Below are positions 57,750 through 64,000 of a DNA stretch of 64,000 nt, in pieces. The position numbers and the translations under genes were made by a program. Where the stretch lies: positions 12,939 through 76,938 of the forward strand of contig JAVCCW010000029.1 of assembly GCA_030765235.1 (NCBI GenBank), written 5' to 3'. Numbering within the stretch: the stretch's first letter is position 1; each line of letters starts with the position of its first letter. The notes beneath the pieces were generated by a model. It was not told the origin of the DNA and ran no database searches. It saw only the letters and a list, made by a program, of their open reading frames with translations. The DNA is from Candidatus Gorgyraea atricola. GTDB lineage: Bacteria > Omnitrophota > Gorgyraeia > Gorgyraeales > Gorgyraeaceae.

Positions 57750-58589
57750 AAAAAAATAATAATAATCTCATTTTTCATAATTTTTAGTGCTTCGTTTGCG
57801 CTGGCAGCTACAGTAGGCGGTCCTGATATGAGCGTTCCAGAGGACTCTCTATTCCTAAAGGAACAGGCAATAAAAAAGACCCTTGATAAATTTGAAGAAG
57901 AGATGAATATAAAAGTCGGCCTGGACATGGAAATAGTTACCAAAAGAACTCTTTCTTCTGCTACGGATGTCACTGACGCTGAGATGGACGGTTATAATTT
58001 CATCCTCAAGGTTTCCAATAATTATAAAGATATGCTCGACTCCTATATAAAAATAGGAACATCCAGTCTTGAAGTCGAGTGGGAGCAAAATGGTGATGCT
58101 GTTAAAGTGGAGTCAAATATTGGTCTTTCCTGGGGCGCTGGCCTAAAGGCAAAGTTATGGGAGCTGAAGAATTATGATGTTGATCTTACAATGGATCTAC
58201 AATATAGGCATAGTGATCTGGGTTTTGACAAGGCAAAGATAAACGGTTCAGAATCAACAGCTTCTCGCACTAACGAGGATTTCACAATAGATGAATGGCA
58301 GACGAGTTTATTGGCCAGCAAGAAATTCATTATTCCATTAGGGGTAAATGATTGCTATGTTATTCCGTATGGCGGCCTGACTTATTTAGCGTCAGACATA
58401 GATGTGAATTTTATGCGGTCTACTACTGGTCAGCTTTATTCTACATATAATGCGAATGATGAAAATAGCTTTGGTATTGTACTTGGCTGCGATATAATGC
58501 CGTTCTATTTGAGCTACTATCTGCTGAACTTTGAGCTCAGACTCCTGAATGAGACTGCCCTGACTCTTGGCGGTACAGTGAAGTTCTAA
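57747..58589 (+). CDS. Outer-membrane porin-like protein, tandem paralog (MOMP-like)
   Basis: ATVGGP; SWGAGLKAKLWE; EWQTSLLAS; IPYGG; ELRLLNETALTLGGTVKF. Confidence 0.65.
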   Translation: MKKIIIISFFIIFSASFALAATVGGPDMSVPEDSLFLKEQAIKKTLDKFEEEMNIKVGLDMEIVTKRTLSSATDVTDAEMDGYNFILKVSNNYKDMLDSYIKIGTSSLEVEWEQNGDAVKVESNIGLSWGAGLKAKLWELKNYDVDLTMDLQYRHSDLGFDKAKINGSESTASRTNEDFTIDEWQTSLLASKKFIIPLGVNDCYVIPYGGLTYLASDIDVNFMRSTTGQLYSTYNANDENSFGIVLGCDIMPFYLSYYLLNFELRLLNETALTLGGTVKF

Positions 58590-58668
58590 AGAGTTTCCCA
58601 TCTTTTCCCTTGCCATAGTTCCTATCTATTATATATAATGTTATACAACTTAATTTTAGGAGGTTAGG

Positions 58669-59115
58669 GTGGATTTCTTTGTAGACTTAGGGAAGAACCA
58701 GGTGTTTTTGACTGCCTCGTTGGCATGGCTTTTAGCGCAGACCATAAAGGTGGCGATCGGTGTGATACGCGAGAAGCGGTTTAATTTTAGATGGTTCGTG
58801 GGAGCAGGGGGTATGCCGAGTTCTCATGCCGCTACTGTGACAGCGCTTGCCGCTTCTATTGGATTTACCTTTGGTTTTTCGTCGGCATTTTTTGCATTCG
58901 CGTTTTTCATTGCGCTTATCATAATGTTTGATGCCCAGGGTGTGCGGCGGCAAAGCGGCCAGCAGGCAGAGATACTCAATAAGATCATAGAGGATATTTA
59001 TTTACAAAAGGGCGTTAAACAGGATCGTCTTATAGCGTTATTAGGTCATACGCCTATACAGGTATTTATAGGCGCTGCATTAGGTATTTTAGTCGCGATT
59101 TTTTGTTACAGATAA
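58669..59115 (+). CDS. Divergent PAP2 family (DUF212) membrane protein
   Basis: GGMPSSH; MFDAQGVRRQSG; LLGHTPIQV. Confidence 0.9.
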   Translation: MDFFVDLGKNQVFLTASLAWLLAQTIKVAIGVIREKRFNFRWFVGAGGMPSSHAATVTALAASIGFTFGFSSAFFAFAFFIALIIMFDAQGVRRQSGQQAEILNKIIEDIYLQKGVKQDRLIALLGHTPIQVFIGAALGILVAIFCYR

Positions 59116-59118
59116 AAC

Positions 59119-60036
59119 ATGGAGGATAGAGTGAATAGTAAACTGGTTGGTGCGGGAATTGGTTTGGCGTTGATATTGGTATTGATAATTATTGTATTCA
59201 GTCCTAAGAATCAGGCTAAGATAGAGGGGTTATCAGATTTTAGATCTGTAAGGGAATTGATCTCGAAGGACGATCTGGATGAGGCAGAGAAAAAGATAGC
59301 TGAGCTAACAGATAAAGATCCTGATTCAGCTGAGGCAGGCAGGGTCTATTTTGATCTCGCAAAATCTTACGAGAAAAAAGAAGAGATCGTTAAGGCAAGG
59401 GATGCATATCAGATGATATTGAGTAAATATCAGAATGTCGACAATATACTTCAGATACAGGAAAAACTGGGAGCGCTTAACATAGAGATACTTTTTTCCC
59501 CTATTATTACAGATATGGACCTGCTCTATCAGGTGGAGCCAGGCGACAGTCTTACAAAGATCGCAAAGAAATTCAAGACGACGATCGAGCTTATCAAGGC
59601 TTCAAATTCACTGGAAAGTAATACCATAATGGCCAATTCAAGACTAAAGGTCTCGACTGCCAGATATAAGATATTGATAGATAAGTCTCAAAATCTTTTA
59701 ACGATTTTTTCTGGGGATGAGGATACTGTAAAGGTCTATCCGGTTTCAACAGGCAAAAATGGATCTACGCCAGTAGGGACTTTTACTATAATCAATAGAA
59801 TGGAAGACCCTGTCTGGTATAAAGAAGGTGCAATGGTGCCTGCTGAGAGCCCTGAGAATATTCTTGGTTCGCGCTGGCTTGGACTTTCTGAAAAAGGTTA
59901 TGGCATTCATGGGACAATAGATCCAGACAGTGTGGGCCAACAGGCTACGCAAGGCTGCGTGAGGATGTTCAATGCCGACGTGGAAGAGTTATACGCTATT
60001 ATTCCAGTCGGGACACAGGTCACGACAGTAGAGTGA
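59119..60036 (+). CDS. L,D-transpeptidase with TPR and LysM domains
   Basis: YQVEPGDSLTKIAKKF (LysM); YPVSTG; TPVGTF; GYGIHGT...TQGCVRM. Confidence 0.9.
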   Translation: MEDRVNSKLVGAGIGLALILVLIIIVFSPKNQAKIEGLSDFRSVRELISKDDLDEAEKKIAELTDKDPDSAEAGRVYFDLAKSYEKKEEIVKARDAYQMILSKYQNVDNILQIQEKLGALNIEILFSPIITDMDLLYQVEPGDSLTKIAKKFKTTIELIKASNSLESNTIMANSRLKVSTARYKILIDKSQNLLTIFSGDEDTVKVYPVSTGKNGSTPVGTFTIINRMEDPVWYKEGAMVPAESPENILGSRWLGLSEKGYGIHGTIDPDSVGQQATQGCVRMFNADVEELYAIIPVGTQVTTVE

Positions 60037-60044
60037 GATAGATT

Positions 60045-60989
60045 ATGGCAGGTGGATTGGATTTTGAAAAACCTATATTGGAACTGGAGCTGAAGATAGC
60101 AGAGCTAAAGTCTCTTGCGTCAGATGGCAGCATAAATCTTTCTGCAGAGATAAAGACGCTCGAGGCAAGACTCGAGAAGGTCAAGAAAGAGATTTTTGAT
60201 TCTCTTACGCCATGGCAGAAGATACAGATCGCCAGGCATCCGAAAAGGCCGTACACCACTGATTACATCCATATGATAATGGTGGATTTTGTTGAGTTGC
60301 ATGGCGATCGCATGTTTAAGGATGACAAGGCCATGATCGGCGGTTTTGCCAAGATCGACGGGGAAAAAGTCATGGTGATCGGCCATCAAAAAGGCAGGGA
60401 CACAAAAGAGAATCTCATGAGAAATTTTGGCAGCGCTCATCCAGAAGGGTATCGCAAGGCAATGAGACTGATGAAGCTTGCCGAGAAATTTAATGCACCT
60501 ATAGTCACTTTTATTGATACACCTGGCGCATATCCTGGCATAGGCGCTGAAGAGCGTGGCCAGGCAAATTCCATTGCGCATAATCTGATGGAGATGATAT
60601 CTTTAAAGGTGCCAGTGATCGTAGTAGTAATAGGAGAGGGTGGCTCAGGAGGAGCGCTTGGCATAGGTATAGGCGACAGGGTCTATGTAATGGAGAATGC
60701 ATACTATTCAGTGATATCTCCAGAAGGCTGCGCTGCTATTTTATGGAAAGACAGATTAAAGGCGCCTGAGGCAGCAGAGGTGCTGAAGCTTACTGCCAAG
60801 GACCTTATTGAACTCGAGATTATTGATGGTGAGATCCCAGAGCCAATTGGCGGTGCGCACAGGGACCCTGAAAAAACAGCTCAGACCGTGAAGAAGTGCA
60901 TAAAAAAGGCATTGAAGGAACTCAAAACAGTTCCTGTGGATAAATTACTAAAAAAGCGCTACGAGAAATTCAGAAGCATGGGGGATTAG
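60045..60989 (+). CDS. accA: Acetyl-CoA carboxylase carboxyltransferase subunit alpha
   Basis: LDFEKPI; ARHPKRP; GYRKAMRLM; [16 protein letters not shown]; GEGGSGGA; [10 protein letters not shown]. Confidence 0.97.
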   Translation: MAGGLDFEKPILELELKIAELKSLASDGSINLSAEIKTLEARLEKVKKEIFDSLTPWQKIQIARHPKRPYTTDYIHMIMVDFVELHGDRMFKDDKAMIGGFAKIDGEKVMVIGHQKGRDTKENLMRNFGSAHPEGYRKAMRLMKLAEKFNAPIVTFIDTPGAYPGIGAEERGQANSIAHNLMEMISLKVPVIVVVIGEGGSGGALGIGIGDRVYVMENAYYSVISPEGCAAILWKDRLKAPEAAEVLKLTAKDLIELEIIDGEIPEPIGGAHRDPEKTAQTVKKCIKKALKELKTVPVDKLLKKRYEKFRSMGD

Positions 60990-60995
60990 GTTTAG

Positions 60996-61063
60996 CCCGT
61001 TGACCCGTTACCCGTTTTGCCCGTTAACGGGCAAAACGGGTAAACGGACTAAACGGGTAACGG
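60996..61063. repeat. Palindromic array of CCCGTT/AACGGG units (possible terminator)
   Basis: Core TTACCCGTTTTGCCCGTT-AACGGGCAAAACGGGTAA with extra units on both sides. Confidence 0.7.
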
Positions 61064-61068
61064 AAATT

Positions 61069-61156
61069 GCCGGAGTGGCGGAACTGGCTGACGCGCACGA
61101 CTCAAAATCGTGTGAGGCAACCCCTCGTGTGGGTTCGACTCCCACCTCCGGCACCA
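61069..61156 (+). tRNA. tRNA-Leu(CAA)
   Basis: GCCGGAG/CTCCGGC acceptor stem; CACGA-CTCAAAA-TCGTG anticodon arm; long variable arm; GGTTCGACTCC; encoded CCA. Confidence 0.96.
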
Positions 61157-61279
61157 TGAACCACTCGCTAAGAATACTACTTTTAGTTGCGTATTCGCTC
61201 GGGTTCATGGCAGGCCATCAGATACTGGGGCGTGCCCCGTTCCAAATTGCCCGATTTTAAGAATGGGGCAATTTGGAAT

Positions 61280-61353
61280 GGGGCTGTAGTGAAGCGGGAT
61301 CACACGACAATGGCATTGTCGCATCACGGGTTCGATTCCCGTCAGCTCCACCA
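61280..61353 (+). tRNA. tRNA-Ala(GGC)
   Basis: GGGGCTG/CAGCTCC with G3:U70; CGACA-ATGGCAT-TGTCG; GGTTCGATTCC; encoded CCA. Confidence 0.95.
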
Positions 61354-61440
61354 AACTCGCCGAAGGCGAGTTTGATCCTGAGCGAGCAATAAAATCCGAT
61401 GAATAAGAGGATTTTATGCGAGTCGAAGGACCTTTTTATT

Positions 61441-63969
61441 ATGAGTGAATTTTATCCGTTTAAGAAAATTGAGAAGAAGTGGCAGAAGGCGTGGGAGAAG
61501 AAGGGTCTTTTTAAGATGGACCCTAAGTCTTCTAAGGAAAAATACTATTGCCTCATGATGTTTCCGTATCCGTCTGCATCTCTGCATGTAGGACATGGCA
61601 GGAACTACATCATAGGTGATGTTGTAGCGCGTTATAAGATCATGCATAAGCTCAATGTCCTGGCGCCAATGGGCTGGGATGCATTTGGCCTTCCTGCAGA
61701 AAATGCTGCTATAAAGAGCGGCATCCATCCTAAGACTTCCACATTGAATAATATAAAGACAATGAAAAAGCAACTCGATGCCTGGGGCGTGGGTTATGAC
61801 TGGGATAGAGAGATTGCTTCGTGCATGCCTGACTATTACAAATGGACACAGTGGATATTTTTAGAGCTCTATAAAAAAGGTCTTGCCTATAAGAAAAAAG
61901 CCCAGGTCAACTGGTGTCCTTCCTGCCAAACGGTGCTTGCAAATGAGCAGGTCGTGGATGGCGCGTGCGAGAGATGCTCATCAGAGGTCGAACTGCGCAG
62001 CCTGGAGCAATGGTTTTTAAAGATCACTGATTACGCGCAAAGGCTTCTGGATGATCTGAGTCTTTTAAAGGATTGGCCAGAGCGTGTAAGGATCATGCAG
62101 AAGAACTGGATAGGCAGGAGCGAGGGCGTTGAGATAGATTTCAAGCTTGAAAAAAGCCGAGGTCCAGCCTCGGCTTTTTTGAGCTGTTTTACCACAAGGG
62201 TGGATACGATTTATGGCGCTACATATATGGTGCTTGCTGCAGAGCATCCAATGGTCGAGGAATTAGTAAAGAGTTCCAGTAAAGAAAAAGACATAAAGAA
62301 ATTCATCGCAGATGTTAAAAAAGAGAGTTTTACAGACAGGGTCTCAGCTACGACTGAGAAAAAAGGCATATTTACAGGCCGCTATGTTATAAATCCTGTG
62401 AATAATAAAAAGATCCCGCTCTGGATCTCGAATTATGTACTCATGGAATATGGCACTGGCGCAGTAATGGCAGTGCCTGCGCATGATGAAAGGGATTTTG
62501 AATTTGCGAAAAAGTATGATCTAGATATAGTGGTCGTGATCGATGATCCAAAAGAACATCTTGATGTAAAGACTATGAAAGAAGCCTTTGTTGAAGAAGG
62601 CGTAATGGTAAATTCTGATCAATTCAATGACCTGCCAAGCCTTAAGGCAATTGAAAAAATCGCAGACTACATGGAAAAAGAAGAGATCGGCAGGAGAAAG
62701 ATCCATTATAAGCTGCGGGACTGGCTCATCTCCAGGCAGAGATACTGGGGCGCGCCTATACCTATAGTGTATTGTGAAAAATGTGGCATACAGGCAGTGG
62801 ACGAGAAAGACCTGCCAGTTCTTTTGCCTGAAAAAGTTGAATTCAAGCCTCATGGCGAGTCACCTCTAAAACAAGCCAAGGGTTTTGTCAATGCAAAATG
62901 CCCTAAGTGTAAATCAAAAGCTCGACGAGAAATCGATACAATGGACACATTCGTGGACTCGAGCTGGTATTTTCTTAGATTCTTATCGTCAAAAGACAAC
63001 AAAAGACCTTTTGATAAAGAATTAATCAATAAGTGGCTTCCTGTAGATCAATATATAGGTGGCGTAGAGCATGCTATTCTGCATTTAATGTATTCAAGAT
63101 TTATTGTAAAGGTACTTTATGATTTGGGTCATGTAGGTTTTAAAGAACCATTCGCCAAACTCTTTACACAGGGCATGATCGTAAAAGATGGCGCAAAGAT
63201 GTCCAAGTCAAAAGGCAATGTAGTAAGTCCTGACGCGCTCATAGAAAAATACGGCGCAGACACAGTGAGACTTTATACATTGTTCATTGGTCCACCTGAG
63301 AAGGATGCAGAGTGGAATGACCGAGGAGTAGAGGGAGCGTGGAGATTTCTTAATCGGGTGTGGAGGCTTGTGGAAGGGACAAGGGACAAGGGACCCCATA
63401 CGAGAATCAAAGATTTCGTACGGGGCAGGCAAGGGACAAGGGATGAAGGCTTAAGACGAAGAACTCATCTTACTATTAAAAAAGTTACAGAAGATATGGA
63501 AGGGTCGTTTCATTTTAATACAGCGCTCAGTGCGATAATGGAGTTAGTGAATGAGATCTATAAAGTCAGGGACAAGGGACCCCATACGAGAATCAAAGAT
63601 TTCGTACGGGGCAGGCAAGGGACAAGAGACAAGGGGTATGGACTTGCCGTAGAGACTGTGATAATTCTTCTTGCGCCATTCGTGCCGCATGTTGCTGAAG
63701 AGATGTGGGAGAGGTTGGGGAATAAGAAAAGCGTGTTTGAAGCAGAGTGGCCAGGATATGACGAGGCTGCGCTTGCTCAGGACAAGATTACTATGCCAGT
63801 GCAGATAAATGGCAGGGTGCGCTCAAAAATAGAAGTAGCATCAAGCGCAGGTGATGAAGATATTAAAAGAATTGTGCTTGAAGATCCTGGAATAAATAAA
63901 TGGACTCAAGGTAAAGCGCCCAAGAAGATTATTGTTGTAAAAGGGAGATTAGTGAATCTTGTGGTATAA
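61441..63969 (+). CDS. leuS: Leucine--tRNA ligase
   Basis: MFPYPS..LHVGH; GWDAFGLPAENAA; DWLISRQRYWG; DTMDTFVDSSWY; KMSKSKGN; likely start MSEFYPF at 61441. Confidence 0.98.
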   Translation: MSEFYPFKKIEKKWQKAWEKKGLFKMDPKSSKEKYYCLMMFPYPSASLHVGHGRNYIIGDVVARYKIMHKLNVLAPMGWDAFGLPAENAAIKSGIHPKTSTLNNIKTMKKQLDAWGVGYDWDREIASCMPDYYKWTQWIFLELYKKGLAYKKKAQVNWCPSCQTVLANEQVVDGACERCSSEVELRSLEQWFLKITDYAQRLLDDLSLLKDWPERVRIMQKNWIGRSEGVEIDFKLEKSRGPASAFLSCFTTRVDTIYGATYMVLAAEHPMVEELVKSSSKEKDIKKFIADVKKESFTDRVSATTEKKGIFTGRYVINPVNNKKIPLWISNYVLMEYGTGAVMAVPAHDERDFEFAKKYDLDIVVVIDDPKEHLDVKTMKEAFVEEGVMVNSDQFNDLPSLKAIEKIADYMEKEEIGRRKIHYKLRDWLISRQRYWGAPIPIVYCEKCGIQAVDEKDLPVLLPEKVEFKPHGESPLKQAKGFVNAKCPKCKSKARREIDTMDTFVDSSWYFLRFLSSKDNKRPFDKELINKWLPVDQYIGGVEHAILHLMYSRFIVKVLYDLGHVGFKEPFAKLFTQGMIVKDGAKMSKSKGNVVSPDALIEKYGADTVRLYTLFIGPPEKDAEWNDRGVEGAWRFLNRVWRLVEGTRDKGPHTRIKDFVRGRQGTRDEGLRRRTHLTIKKVTEDMEGSFHFNTALSAIMELVNEIYKVRDKGPHTRIKDFVRGRQGTRDKGYGLAVETVIILLAPFVPHVAEEMWERLGNKKSVFEAEWPGYDEAALAQDKITMPVQINGRVRSKIEVASSAGDEDIKRIVLEDPGINKWTQGKAPKKIIVVKGRLVNLVV
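62150..62180. repeat. GCCGAGG palindrome embedded in frame in leuS
   Basis: AAAAAAGCCGAGG-TCCAG-CCTCGGCTTTTTT; matches intergenic 13052-13076. Confidence 0.8.
63382..63626 (+). repeat. Two identical 59-bp in-frame insertions in leuS (63382-63440 and 63568-63626)
   Basis: AGGGACAAGGGACCCCATACGAGAATCAAAGATTTCGTACGGGGCAGGCAAGGGACAAG twice, 186 bp apart; encodes RDKGPHTRIKDFVRGRQGTR. Confidence 0.9.
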
Positions 63970-64000
63970 TTGTTCTATGTTAAGAAAAATAGTTATTGTT

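Noticed and set aside
61280-61353. tmRNA 5' end (GGGGCTG)
   Set aside because: It closes as a complete 74-nt cloverleaf with a GGC anticodon, so it is tRNA-Ala.
61000-61375. ORFs 61000-61260, 61008-61208 and 61187-61375
   Set aside because: They overlap the two tRNA genes and palindromes; spurious.
63382-63626. DGR template/variable repeat pair or intein in leuS
   Set aside because: The copies are identical with no adenine-specific changes, no reverse transcriptase is present, and the inserts are far too short for an intein.

Overview
Bacterial chromosome segment, almost all on the + strand. The lineage is probably PVC superphylum/Omnitrophota-like; this is an inference from the Chlamydia-MOMP-like porins and protein style and was not verified. 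Positions 1-50,000 form one large surface/biofilm island: (1) the 3' end of a giant Gly/Thr/Asp-rich adhesin; (2) a Fap-like fibre (functional-amyloid-type) secretion operon with two very large Asn/Gln-ladder repeat subunits (18 and 12 repeats), a one-repeat minor subunit, a secreted C39 peptidase and an FN3-fused FapF-like beta-barrel broken by a 5-bp duplication; (3) a ~36-kb Wzx/Wzy exopolysaccharide cluster with unusual tailoring enzymes. Two paralogous excisionase/BldC-like HTH + degenerate HD-GYP regulators sit in the island, and a shared 10-bp-phased direct-repeat motif occurs at the fibre and EPS promoters. The rest holds a RAYT transposase with about 12 cognate GTAG REP palindromes spread across the window, comM/yifB, two MOMP-like porins, an L,D-transpeptidase, accA, tRNA-Leu(CAA), tRNA-Ala(GGC) and leuS, which carries in-frame palindromic-element insertions. 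All family calls come from motif recognition by eye; no searches were run.
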